Origin: Raillietiella orientalis
Lineage: Eukaryota
Direction: 5' to 3'
DNA: 64,000 bases
Assembly (NCBI GenBank): GCA_036172245.1
Contig: JAYWIR010000042.1
Location: 1,116,001-1,180,000, forward strand
The notes below the pieces were generated by a model. It had not been told where the DNA came from and ran no database searches. It worked only from the letters and a program-made list of their open reading frames with translations. Shown piece after piece: positions 48,700-61,723 of the stretch (positions within the stretch are counted from its first letter, which is position 1; each line of letters begins with the position of its first letter). Position numbers and translations under genes: made by a program.

Positions 48700-50120
48700 C
48701 CCCAGGGGCCATCAGTCACGGAAGACCAGCTCCCCTCTTAAGGGTATCCAATCCTTTCGGAATCGAAATGGAGGAGCGCGCCTCGGACATCCGGCTTTGA
48801 TGGCGAGCCATTTCGCGGCTCTCCAGGACTCCCGCGGGGTGCAGCGATTTACTAAGAGGAGAAGGGGCTCCCTCAACAGGAACGAGCGATCTGGTCCATC
48901 GACCCCAAAGGAGTTGGACACGACCCTCAGACTTCGAACCAAGATTTTTCGGCTCCCGACACTGCGATTTTTCTTCGCTCGCCCCCGGCAGGATGTTTGG
49001 CGTGTCCTGGAATGGGGAAGCGCGCAACGGGGAAAGATGGCGGTGCATGTGATGGAGTGGAGAGGGAAGGTGTCGGAAAAGCGGATTTCGGGAAGAGGCG
49101 TTTCCCAAGCTCCGTGTGGCGATGAACAGGAAGCGGATGTTTCGTCGATTCCCGAAAATTCCGGATCTCTTCCATTCCTGGAAGGATCCGGAGGTCGACT
49201 TTCCCTGTCCCAGCCACTCATCGGGGGGCATCCGGTTTGAACCACTACCAGTGCCTCCACACCCGAAAGAATGTAGGCCAACCAGAATCATCTTGCGGAG
49301 GGAACTCGGACCCACGACGCACAACCCCTATCTCTCGGCGTCGATTCTTTCCGCGTATTGGAACTCGCGACGCTTGGAGGTGCCACGCGCGTAGACCTCA
49401 ACCACGTGGCCCCGACACGAGCAGCGCAACCTCAGAGTGGTGATTCTCAAAATGCTCTGGCGCAGTGCTCCCGCGTCCCTCTGAACTTTCCAGGCCCTTC
49501 GAGCCTCCGACCTCGGCAAACGGAATTTTTGCTCCTGCAACTACCGTGCTTCACCGGACAGTCGGGGGATGCGGGAGCGAGTCTCGCATCCCGGTTTCCG
49601 GACCGCACCGGCGGCACGGCGCTATCTTTTTCCCCATAGTCCGGCAAGAAGCCATGCCCTCGATGGCAGCTCCGCAGAGGATCCTCCCGAAACATCTGCA
49701 GGCGTCTCCGCCATCCAGCCAGGGAATCTGGATTCCCAAAGAGCTGAGGTTTGAGATTTCTCTCGCGGCGCGACTTGCATCCGGGACACTTTCAGTTCTG
49801 GGATCGGCTCCTGATAAGAAAGTAGCCAGTGGGGTGGAAGAAAGCAGACTGCGTCCCTTGGGGGGACTCCTTTCAGAAATATGCACGGGAGATCAGGACT
49901 CTCTGACGTTTCTCGTTTCGGCTGGGATTCATGCTGTGAAATCGGAAGGAAGGCGCGCTCATTTTCCGTGACTTGCAGCGAGATGGAAGACATGAAACCG
50001 AAAGAGCACGAGGCGCAAAGCGCGTCGCGACGTCCAGTCCCAGTAGGGCATGGAGATGCAGGCGCACTCCAGGATGGCAGCCTGGGTTCTCCATTACCTC
50101 CGCACTGCCGCCTCAATGGG
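48700..50120 (-). mobile_element. L1/Tx1-like ORF2 relic (RT C-half to C-terminus)
   Basis: Collinear decayed motifs LSSLGIQIP (KYLG-like), RLPRSE (LPxxxGG-like), WRAAKWLAI (cf. WNARRTPKWDAI). Clear DNA homology to 51060-51335, 47560-47940, 35720-36110 and 22900-23235. Confidence 0.7.
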
Positions 50121-51059
50121 GAGCGCTCTTATCTCATCTATCAAACGCCAAACAAATTGCCTGCCGCGGATGACGCTCAAGTGCTTCCTTCGCGTATTCA
50201 GCCCCGGGCTTGCTGGGAGAGCTTTCCGATGCAACTTTCCCTGTACTTTGCCGACGAGCAGGTACGGCCGCCCGCATGAAAGTGCAGATCGCTTCCCCCT
50301 CCCTTCTCCCCTCCCTCTTGAGTTCAGACTGCCTGCGGCACGAAGAAAATTATTGCACGTGCATGGAAATAAACCGAAATCCTTTCAAATCAAAGCGGAA
50401 GATCCCTCCTCTCTCATCTCTGACTCTGGACGCGCAGGAGAAAGATGCATGCATCTCGACACGAGGTCGCCCGGCAGGAGCAGCAAGGCCCTCGGCTGTT
50501 TCCTTTCAGGCAAGCTCCACAAAGACTGCTTTGTTCGCTTCGCTCTCAGCAGGATTGTAGAACAATGTTCCCATCGTACACAAAACACTTCATCCTAGTC
50601 CCCGCTTACCGTCTTCCCAAGATGCTACTCGAGGGAAAGGAGTTGCGCTGTTCTTTCAGTGGCTGCTGGGAAAAGGCACGTCACGCACTCCTCCTTGTAC
50701 ACAGAAAGGGATGGAGGGCAACAACTAAACTGCACTCCAGAGTCGAGCGTTCCGGGACTCACCTATCCCGAAAGGAAGATGACCAGGAAGGCCACACCTG
50801 CCTTTTCGACCTCAGCCCAATACTCCGCTAAGCAGCGTTAACTCGGCCACCTGAAATGCCGTGCGTTCCAGGTCCTCATGCCTGCTCCAAAGCTTAGAGT
50901 CAGGAGGTGAGGATACTGGAAGCTGAACTCAAGGAATGAACCTTTCCGGTGGGTTTCCTATGGTCCAGGTCTTCAACTGTAAAGCCTCGTATGAAAGCTC
51001 GCAACTACTCTGCGACCTCCACGGGGCAAGCGAAGAAACTTCGCTTGCCCCGTGGGATG

Positions 51060-51335
51060 GACGGCACGTGCTAAAATGGCAAAGCGCGCGAAGTAGAAAG
51101 GTGGTGCACGTGGTGGAGTGGAGATGGAAGACACCGGAAACGTGGATTTCGGGAAGAGGCGTTTCCCAAGCTTCGTGCACGATGCGCAGGAAGCGGCGGA
51201 TGCTTCGCGGAGGGCAGCGCGAACCCAGAATGGTGATTCTCGAAATGCTCTGGCGCAGTGCTGAATGAACTCCTGCGTCTCTTAGAAATTTCCAGACCCT
51301 GCGAGCTTCCGACCTCGGCAAACGGAATTTCTTCC
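51060..51335 (-). mobile_element. Internally deleted paralogue of the 49.0-49.5 kb LINE relic
   Basis: Shares ggatttcgggaagaggcgtttcccaagct with 49084 and ggtgattctc.aaatgctctggcgcagtgct...ccgacctcggcaaacggaattt with 49439-49528. Confidence 0.75.
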
Positions 51336-52259
51336 GAGAAGGATTATTCCCGAAAGACACCAGTTCCAGCTCAATCTTGAAGTGGTTGGATTGGATCGGC
51401 AGCACCCTTCCCCTTCTTTTCACTTCTGCACACGTGTACACTCACGTAACTGGTTGGATGAGGAAACGTGGTCGGCGAGGTTCCCGCGTCCTAGTTTCCC
51501 TGAGCAACAAATTTCTTGAGTGATAGAAGAAGATATTTTCGTTCACCCCTGCTTCGTGCTCAGCTGCTGTTCGGCAGCAGATGGATGCTGGTCACCCGCT
51601 GCGGACTGAGCCGTGCCTGAGTTGCTGCCCACGGCTCCGGAAGCGGACCTACAAAGCGCTCCCTAGCGGCACACCTGCTGTCTCTGTTGAGCGCGTAAGC
51701 GTTCGTTGCGACGAGGTCCATGGAGTAGAACCACATAAGTGTCTCACCCTAAAAGTGGGAACTCAAGGAGCGAACCTACGGGAACGGTTGTCTGGATTCA
51801 TCCTGTTGCAGATCTGTGACACCATGGCAGGTACAGAAACGGAAACCATCGTGGCCTATCTGATATGGAAATCAATGCTCGAGATGGAATTCCGGAAAGT
51901 TGCCAGGTATCCTCGTGGTTCCGACTGGCTGTGTTCGACAACCTTACCATAATTGTTTACACAACAGGCAGTGGATTCCACGAGTTGATGCTTGGCATCC
52001 ACATTCTTGAACTCTGCAGAAATGGATGCGACTTTAGAATCATTGACCCATTAATCTCTCTTTGCAAGATCCTTCGGAACTACCTGCATCTTCACAAACA
52101 TACCGCTTCTGCCGAAGCACAACACGGTTCCGTTCTTGTACTAGGGTCTCCAGAGCAATACAAAGAGGTGTCGTTGAGGCTAGGGGTTTGGTGCCCCCTT
52201 TGTGCGTAGAACGAGAAAGACCTTTCCTCCCATCCTGCTTGACTGCAATGGAATCCGAA

Positions 52260-53600
52260 GGTGTGCCTTTCTAGCGCCTTCTTCTTTCCGGGAGACGACA
52301 TGCCAAGAAGATTCTTCCGCTCCAACGGCCTCACCCTCGCTTCGGTGGTCGCAATTCAATGCTTCATCCGAGGGATCATCTCGTTCCGCTTAGAGCTGAA
52401 AATTTGGCAATGTAGGCGGGCAGCCTTTAAGCCGAATCGCCCTCATCTCTGGGGAGCACTGCAACTGCTCTGCCTGAATTGACAGAAGAGAACAAATGCT
52501 GACGGAATGCTGCGCAACATCCTGATGAGAATCGCCAGGACTCAGTGACACCCTCCAACTTCTCCTACCTCCAGATAAAGCTTTATTTGGGAATCTTCTA
52601 CTCCTTAACCCCTTTGTCCAGGACCATCCACCTGAGCTATGCAGTGGCATAGCTTTGTCTCCTGTGCTGCATATTTTTCTTTTGCATACGTATTCTGCTT
52701 GACTAAACGGTCCAACGTCGCCGGATGCGGAAGCATTCCTCCTCTGTGAATCCGGAGACCTCATCTCATGACCTCATTGCGTGCAGTTTGGTGGATGGAC
52801 AACGAGACAGCTCACCAAAGTTCACCAGCTCGGGAGTCGGGGGCTAACACAGCACCGCTTCCTCAATTCTATCCTTCTGATGCTGTACGTTCGCATGGAA
52901 CCGCAATGTTAATGTAGCTTTCTCCCTTGTGCCGGACCTCCTAAAGAAGTGCCAGATCAAAGGTGCGAATGGTGGTTGCTGCTGCAACCACTATCCGCCT
53001 CTGCCAATGCTCTATGCATGACTGTGTATCCTGTTGGCGTTTCAATTCTCTACGCGAATGTGGGGAGCGACGTGGCCTCCTGCATCATTGCTGGAGAATG
53101 GGAACCTTCCGTATCAGTTAACGGGCGGCCCTACGGCAGCGTGGATATGGCTAGAGCGTCAGCACGCCTTTGCTCTTCCTTCGCTACTTTGTTTCCATGG
53201 TGAGGGTTCTAGAGAACCGATCCTCATGCCGCCGCTTTTTGGAAACGCTTTCGGTCCGTCCCTGCATTCTCCCATTTTCTAGTCTTTCACTGGTGCCAAT
53301 GCACGATAACGCAGCTATTGCTGCCGACCGCACCATTTCGCATCCATTTCGCCCTCCGAGTTGCGGACTGGCTGCGGTTGCCTCGTACGCGGGGTTTGCA
53401 GCCTGAACCAGCTGTGGGAGTAGAACAGACTCTCGTGCACACTTCGGTCGAATAGGTCTGTTCTAGGATGATGGACTTCGCTGCCCGACCCAGTGTCACG
53501 CTCGGCACCTTGGAAAGCAACTTGACGGCAATGTTCACAAGCGTGATGGGACACCAGTTACCCAGGCAGTCCAGGTCACACTCAGATCAGAGGATGCCCT
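52260..53600 (-). mobile_element. L1/Tx1-like reverse transcriptase relic
   Basis: DLDCLGNWCPITLVNIAVKLLSKV...LGRAAKSIILEQTYS (53576-53450) matches the Tx1 RT motif NWRPISLLNxDYKILSK..II..DQTY; WTKGL (~52620) and RSEG (~52340) follow at the expected spacing. Confidence 0.72.
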
Positions 53601-54810
53601 GTTCCTTTGAGACCCCACCCAAGTTCTCTGCCACCTTGTTTCTGTCTGATACAACCACCAACCCGCAGATGAGATCAAAAGTGATAACGTCATGCTCTTG
53701 GCATAAAGTTTAGTGAGACTGGCATTCCCTAAGAATTGTCTCGTACAAACGTAGAGACTTACTACCAGGAAGACAGCGATGTCAGAAGGAGTGCGTGCGA
53801 TAAGCCACTCCATGTTCAGCCAGTGTTAGATTTTTCTACTGATAAGAGGTCAAGCGGACTGCAGAACAGTTCAGAAATGCGACATGGTCACGGAGGTCTC
53901 CTGTGCCAAGAGAATGCAGGTGAACACAGACGATTAATTCTCGAGATCTTTTCTCCCTACTTCTTTCGTGAGTTTTGCATTTTCGATTCTCTCTTGATTG
54001 AAATCTGTGAGACATTTGCAAAGTTTGCTAGGGGAATGCGGGTCGTACTCCCCTTCACATTCAGTTTTTTTAATTAGCAGTTACAAAAAAAGGCACGTGA
54101 AAAAGGGGGATTATCGCCCATTCTCGACAACAGCTGTATTTTCGATAAGAACCCAAAATCACACGGAAATTTATCCAGGTGGAGCGAATCAGAGCGGCAG
54201 AACCCAGGCACACGGTGTTGTTCTGTCGATTTATTACGGTGTTTTTCGCTGATGTTAAACGCTCGTCTGTTGGAAGGAAATTACCGTCAGTTTCGTCCGC
54301 CTTTCAAACTCCCCACGCAACTCCCCTACGGATTGAGTAAGCAATAACCGTAAACTCAGCCATGCACGGGCAGAGCGTACGGTTATTCGCGGCTCTGCTT
54401 TCACAAGCACACACAAACTGCAACATTCCCATTCTCGATGATACAACCGAATTGGATTTGAAGAAAACGCTGAAAGTACCTTTCTTATTAATGTAACCGA
54501 ATATTGTGTCCTGATGCATGACTACATCGAAATGTAAACCGCCTTTCGCTTGGGAATATAACAGGAAAACAAAGCATACTCGGTAACTTCGTAAAGCATA
54601 CCTGACCTAAAAGGGAAACGCAAGCAATCAAACTTTCGTCTACTTTTTTCTATTTTTTTAAAAATATATTTACGTATACACCCGACATTGTGACTAGAAT
54701 TAAGGTCAATCATGGCAAAACGGGAGCACGAAAACAGGAATGCTGTGGAACGGGAATGGCTCGCCTGGTGGGGCTGGCATGGAAATAGCATCTGCTGCAA
54801 AAGGATTCGG

Positions 54811-57459
54811 TCATCTACGATAATAGCGTGCAGTTTTTGGTCTTGAAGATAATCTGGCATGTGCAGTTTTCGGTCGCTGAGCATAAGTGCTGCTGTATGT
54901 TTTATACACACTCAGCAAGGAGTCGCAGAACTGTGAAAACCTGTGCAATGCTACTTCGAGCATCCTTCCTACCTGTGCAGGCTGCTGCTGGCTGACTGTT
55001 TCTCTTTTCATATTGCACCCTGTGTATGCAATGCATCTGAGCTGCCATTCACCAATGCTCTCATTCCAATGCATATTGTTTTCAATCAGCGTCTGATACT
55101 CTGGTGGAATGAAGTAGCTAACAATGAGCAACTGAAGTTTGAGTTCCCGATCCAATTGGCGCACACTCTCTCTAAGACTCTCCATATCTCTCTGATGCTC
55201 TTTGTGCAAATCAGAGAGCTCAGCCTGTGCTGCAAGCAACAGACTACTCAGTTTCTTCAGTTTCTGTGTCTTGCCCACAGCCTCTTCTTGGAGCGTGCAA
55301 TAGCGCTCTTCGATGTCTAATCTCACCGCCTGCATCATGAAACATTGTGACTGGTCACTGAAGCCACAAAAACCTCTTTCTGCTGCAGTGCCTCCCGCAA
55401 CTGGGTCTCCTTTGCACGACGAATTTCCAATTCTTTGGCGGACTCTTCCAGTAGTAATTCCTGCTCTTCTGCCTTCTCCAGTAAATTCACACCTCCAACA
55501 ATGATTTTCCTTTCTAGCATGGCTAACTTCTGCACCAGAGCAGCTCGTTCTTGCCTAGAAGATATTCTCTAACTGAAGGCAAGAAATGCTCCTTACTGTG
55601 TCTTCTGGAGCTGATTTTCATGGGCTTCTAGTTGCAACTGAATCTTCTGTCGCTCCTCTTCCTCCAAGTCCCTTTTTTCCAAAAGCAACTTTTTCTCACT
55701 CTCAATTTGTGCACGTATCTCTTCAGTGTTTGATGAAATGCCTGGTCCACCCTGGCCGAAAGCTTTTGAAGGTACTGCATGGTAACCATCAGGACGTTCA
55801 TGCAGCTTCCTTTTGAGTTCCTCAATTTCCTTTTGGAACTGCCGCAGCAGTGCATCTTTGGGGTCTTCATTAACGTGCACACAATTCCGGATATCCTTTG
55901 CCCTACTGGCATAGCGCAGTGTGCTCAGAGTTTCATCATAGTTGTATTGAGCAGGACCCACATTGGCACACTGAAATTACTATAGAAACAAGCAAAGTTA
56001 CCAGCCCACCATGATCGTTTTTGCATTCCCTCCCAGAGAATCTTGTAAGAGTCTAGTCAATTTGGAATTCCTGTATGGCACATGGGTACTTTTTTTATCC
56101 ACCAATGCAGATATGACATTTCCCAGAGTTGATAGGGAAAGGTTAATCTTAGTAGCCTCTTTCAGTCGCAACTCGGAACTTCCAGTCTTGCTCTGTCTTT
56201 CAGATCCCTGAAACAAATATAGTACATCTTCAAAGATCAACTGGCTTACTGCCAAATCCACTAAATGGAGCTTTCCCATCCGAACATGCTGCTGTCCATC
56301 TTTGCCTTTTTCACTGCATTCCACAGTGATGGAGAAGATTGCATGTGAGCGGGAACTCTCAGCATTCATGCTAGTAGCTCCCACAGCACCTGCAACCATT
56401 ATCATCTTGATCATTTCACTGCTGCCTAGGATCAGGCCTGGGCTAACCAGTCTGTAATGTGAGTGCAGTACAAATGGTGCAATAGCACACAAAGGTACAT
56501 GCAGTCTGCAATTGCTACTCATGCAAAAGCAACCCACCCTGCGTGCTTAATATCATACCATAGCAATGCAAGCTAAATGGATGGCAAAGGAGATGAAAGT
56601 GATGACTGACCTATGGCAGGCATATATCTACTGAATAACCAAACTGGTTACTCACGATTTTTTTTCCCTACAGTCATAATTTTTGTCATGTCATCAGCAT
56701 TGTTGACTACAAAGGAAGAAAGTTCTTTCACATATACTCCTACATCTGGTCTCTCTTTGATTTCCAATCTCTTATTCTGATCCTTAGCCAGAAGATCCCG
56801 AACTTCTTCATTATAGATTTCAAAATATGAGACACGGACTAAAAATCTATGAATAAACATCAAGTTCAAATTAATGCAATTTAGTTAGAAGAAAGTTAAA
56901 GGGTACAGAGTGAATTTTGGATTCAGAAAACAGAAATTGGTGGACATACTTTTTATTATCCTCAGCTTTGGCTATTTTCCCAAAAAGATGGGCAAATGAA
57001 TTTGGTATAATTCCCCTTAATTCGGGAACACTTTTTATGCCTTCCATGGTAAAGGTCTTTCCCGTACCAGTTTGACCATAAGCAAATATAGTACCATTGT
57101 AGCCTTCCAGAACACTATCCACCAATGGCCTTGCAATCGCATTATAAATTTCCAGCTGAAAGGCAATTAGTTTCAGGATTAAACCTAACAAATATTTTCA
57201 TAATTCAACCCATCCTCAATATGCTCGATAGAAATTCAGAATTTAACCAAAATGTAAAGCATACCTGTTTGGAATCAGGTCCAAATACAGAATCAAACGT
57301 GAATATTCTTTCTGGCTCTTCTGAAGCACTCAGATTTTTCAGTACTATGGAATTACCCAGACTGTCGACACTAACAATGTTTTTATATCCGCATGCACTT
57401 TCTTTTTCACTTAAAGGTCTTACACGAACAACAACTTTCACATTCTCGATACTTCCCAT
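54811..57459 (-). CDS. KIF3A: Kinesin-2 motor subunit KIF3A (Klp64D-like), 653 aa, 9 exons
   Basis: Exons 57459-57265, 57155-56950, 56846-56656, 56389-56250, 56207-56010, 55970-55597, 55554-55374, 55329-54973, 54930-54811, all GT-AG and in frame. Motifs VVVRVRP, P-loop [45 protein letters not shown]3A-type stalk [16 protein letters not shown] and tail [23 protein letters not shown]. Confidence 0.96.
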
Positions 57460-60400
57460 GCTAAACTTTTAGAAAACCAACGTTCTTCAACCCAGAATGC
57501 TGATCAAAATACGTGAGGCCACTACAATATGCGAAAGCATGATGGCAAAATGATTATGTACACTAATTTTAGTTTTCTTCTTAGTTACATCGCAAACATC
57601 GACCTAATACACGTCAAGTGAGCATGAAATGAGGCACTTCCACCAACCATGCAGGCTCAGCATTCATGAGATGAAATTGAAAAAACTTCAACCAACGATA
57701 CATTCAAGGCATACATAAAACAACGGAAACTCTAACTGTTGGTTACTTCAAATCTGCATATAATACTTATACTTTGAATAAACCAATAATATAAATAATA
57801 AGTCCAACACCCGCTATAATGCGAAACAGCACCAGATTTTAGTTGAAACAAACGCTGAAATTCTCTCTTTTCAATAAGTTCAAGTGATGGAATAATCCAC
57901 TTCATTTCTTTCTAAGCGTTCATTTGTTTCACTGATTTCCGAAATTATTCATTACAATCCTTGATGTATATTCAAAATCGTACACAAAAATTGGCAAATG
58001 ATAGTCGACAAATGATAAAATCAATAATCTGAGTTGTTACCTATATATCTTTAAAGGCATATTCATGGGAGCTTAAAGGAATAGAATTAAGTCACCTATA
58101 AAAAAAACTTCACACGTAAAAGATGTAAAAACAAGCCAAAACATTGATTAATTACCGGCAATCTGATCGGCCATGCTGATTCACTACAAGTGCGCCAAAC
58201 AAGTTCAAATTTCCTGAGACACGTGAGAGGACTGCTTAGAATGTACACAAGACCCAGTAGAAACCAAGCTAAGGCACTTAAATGTACGCTCCGCAACAAC
58301 CGAAAGACTTCAGTGATGATCAGCAACTTTCTGGAATGTTTCTTTTTCTTTCTTCGAGTGCTTTTGTCACTCAGGTATGAAACAAGGGTAACTGCAGGAG
58401 GACTGTAAATAGCAAGAGTGGTCATGAGGACTCACCACGGAAGATGGGTTGTGAAACATAGTTCCAACCCACTCTGGACAAGTAGATTCGTGCTTAGCAA
58501 GTAGGTGTACAAGAAGGAATATTCCGAAGCTGGTGAGTACATGAAAATTGAATTCACTTTAAAAAGTACCCGATGTATAAATTGTTCAACATGAAACATT
58601 TAAAATCGTATTTTGTGACTCGACTGTGGGTCTATTCATACTTTTCACTCACACGTTAAATTTCCTTCATTTATTCCATTTAGTACGCCTAATGGTGGTT
58701 GAAAATTTTCAAGTTTGGAAAATTTCCTTTAAAATTATTGTTCAACACCAATTTCGATCGCAATGCAATTTTCCTGATTTTCCACTCAGATTGCTCTTTA
58801 TGAGCAATTAGGGATTTACGATGCAAATTTCTATCATCAAAAATGATGGATCGAAATGAAAATAATGAAATTCGACCTGACACATGATAGTACATGGTTT
58901 CCTCGAATTAAATGACAACAAAACAAATTTACGATACCTCGCGAAAAATCCTAAAAAAAAATAATAACCTAAAAAAATATTCTAGACCCCACTATAAAGG
59001 GAAAAGTAAGAAGACAAAAAAACAACTAGGTGTCTTTAAGTGTGTAGAGGAAGGGGAACTAGAGAAGGGATCACAGATATTTCCCCATACATTTTCTGGG
59101 TGTTGGACTGTGTGAGTGTGAATACCCACTGAATATCAGTAGACTAATCAGTAATAATTGGTGGATCGAACCATGAAATGTACTTTACATCTTCAAGAAG
59201 AAGATTCAGAAATACTTTTCGTACAGGCTGTTAGAAGTTTGCATAAATCAGAGACCCGAGTACGACAAATTGACACTCCAGAAGCTCTATGATGTTATCA
59301 TAGACTAGAAGAGCTTGCGAAAGAACGCAGGCAAGGACGGGAGTCCATGTACAAAGCCTCTTCATGGTATCACAGTGCTATCGAAAACCAGCCTACCACC
59401 AGACAACCTCCTCCATGTTCTATGATTGCAGTCTTTAGTACGAAACAAAGCTAAAGCACTGCACTGAAAATCTGTCGGAATAGTCATGCATAGCATTCAA
59501 GCAACAGAAAATGGAACTCCATATCTTTATCTGCCAAGCGTTGGGTCAATATTGGAACTTCCCGAAGCTCATGATTGAGTTGCCAACAAAATCAACACTA
59601 AAAAGCCGAAAAAGACCCTGCAAAGGAAAAGACACTGCCCAAAGTTAAAGCTGCAGCGTTCTGGATGTTTGAGAAAGTTGTGCTCTGTCTTGAAATCTTC
59701 ATCATATAGGTACCGTTAATGACAAGGCACGGTATTTACGCAAGTTCGGTGCCAGCTATAAGCATCTCTGGCACCTTTCCGGAGTACACATTGACCACCA
59801 GGGGATGTGATGATGCTCCAAGTAAACACAAATCAATACAAATCCGTCTGGATCACAAATGTGAAGAGTGCCTATCTGAGCTATAAACTCCAAAGGCCAG
59901 AGACAATAATTAACGTGAATACTTTGTTAGTAAAGTGAAAACTACCCTACTACTTCAGTTCAGGAAAAGAGTTCCTGGATGAAATTCTCACAAGTGACCA
60001 CTCGCTTCAGAATCTCAAGAATAACAAGATCCATTGTTCTCTGGAAGGCTACAGAATGAAGAATAAAAATCTAATGACGATAATGTTGGAAAAGTTCTTT
60101 CAAAATCTATTGAAAATTGTAGGCAATGGAAGATTTGAATCACACTTCGTAGAAAACACGAACCCCCTTCGTTTTGGTTGATGTTTGAAAGGAGGGAAAT
60201 TAAAAAAAAATCCTCTAAGAAACTCAAGTGATTTCTATATTGGCTATAATTGCTGTTTTCCGGAAGCTCCAGCTTTCTCTAATTTCTTGCTTGTTGGCAA
60301 ATCAAGAATTTCTTTTATATTTCACATACAATTTTACATGTATGTCAAAGGCCAAAGAAAGATTAAAATTCTTTGGAAGGTGAGATTTTTGAATAAAATA

Positions 60401-61723
60401 CCTTTGAATCTTAAGTTCTAAATGAAATGAAAACAAAAAAGGAATATTTAAAACAAAAAAATATGAAAAAGTGGATATAAATTTTAAATGCTTTGGAATA
60501 CGTATCATGCGCAAAAACTACCATATTTTGAATTTCTAAAAGTATAAAAGAATTTTTGTATGAGTTCATAATCCTTATGTATCATTACAAGCTTATTTTA
60601 ATTTACAGAGTTTGCTTTCCTTTGTTTTCAGTTAAGATTTCCTTATGGTCTTATGAAAGGTCAACATGGAAGGATGTATTTGATGACTACATTTGCAGAT
60701 TGAATTAATTTACTATCAAGTGAACACACTGCTAAAGAATGCAAAGTTTTAAATCATAATGTAGGGTACAGTAAGAAAATCACTAAGAAATTGCCATAAC
60801 AAAAATGAAAAATTTAAACTTGTATCTGAAGACAAAAACACAAAGATGAATAAATAAGAAAAAAACAAATAATGAACATGAAAATTATTAAGAATTTGTT
60901 TATGTCTAAGTGATAAAATAAAAACTTCAGAAATATTCAGTATCTAAAATTGAAAACTTTTCGATCAAAATTCATTTTCATATATTGACCCCAAAATTAT
61001 TAGAAGGTTTCGTGGTATACATGCCACGAAATTAGTCCTCTGATGTATTTCAATCACTCCCAAACATATAAAAATCCCTACTTCCAAATCCAGATAAAAT
61101 TATTTTTCTCAAAATTAAGGAATATATTTGTATGTACACAAACCTGCATATGTTACTTGTGTATAGATGTATACACATATGAATATTCACTTTAGAGTTC
61201 ACGGACTATTTAGTAGAAAATAATAACTTTTCATTTCCTCAAGTGTGATTATTAATAAGTAATTATTTTTATTTTGCGTCTTCAAGGCCTAAATCAAAGC
61301 CATCACCATGAACGTTTCTCCATCCCTCGATAGGTTTCAAAGTTATTATAAACAAGCAAAAATTTCGTTGAAAATTTCTCTATGAAATTTCGTCTTACTA
61401 TCTGTGTATTGCTACATGGTTCACGGGAGACTTTTCTTGTCTTTTTCTATTGAAAAAGACGATTGTGTATTCAGATGTTTGTTGAGTATAATCGTCGGAC
61501 TTCATTCTTGATTCAATAGATGTATATAATTCATAATTATTTTTTATTCTTATTAAAATAGTCATCTCTATGTAATCGCAAAATATTTCTGTAACATCAC
61601 TATGCATTGTTGAATATTTTGAATTTCAGGTACTGAACTAATTTTTCATAATGCTTTGGTACTCTTTACTCAGAGGAACTTGTTTCACCGTGGGATGTGA
61701 TCGAGGAATAGTGATCTAGGAAA

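Noticed and set aside
542..50600. Hundreds of long overlapping ORFs (e.g. 14885-16213, 22367-23530, 24356-25546, 33005-34135, 35149-36642)
   Set aside because: Arg/Pro/Gly/Ser-rich, open in several frames at once and without domains; expected from stop-codon scarcity in GC-rich DNA. Only the embedded GPCR exons are real.
51540..52480. Apparent spliced exons on either strand
   Set aside because: No consistent frame or recognisable protein; the region adjoins and partly overlaps the decayed RT relic
58096..58540. 109-aa minus-strand ORF with splice-like signals upstream of KIF3A
   Set aside because: No recognisable protein and no consistent exon chain; could be UTR or non-coding transcript
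59200..60100. Possible decayed LTR-retrotransposon gag/pol sequence
   Set aside because: Only a vague LTLQKL-type resemblance, with many stops and no diagnostic motif
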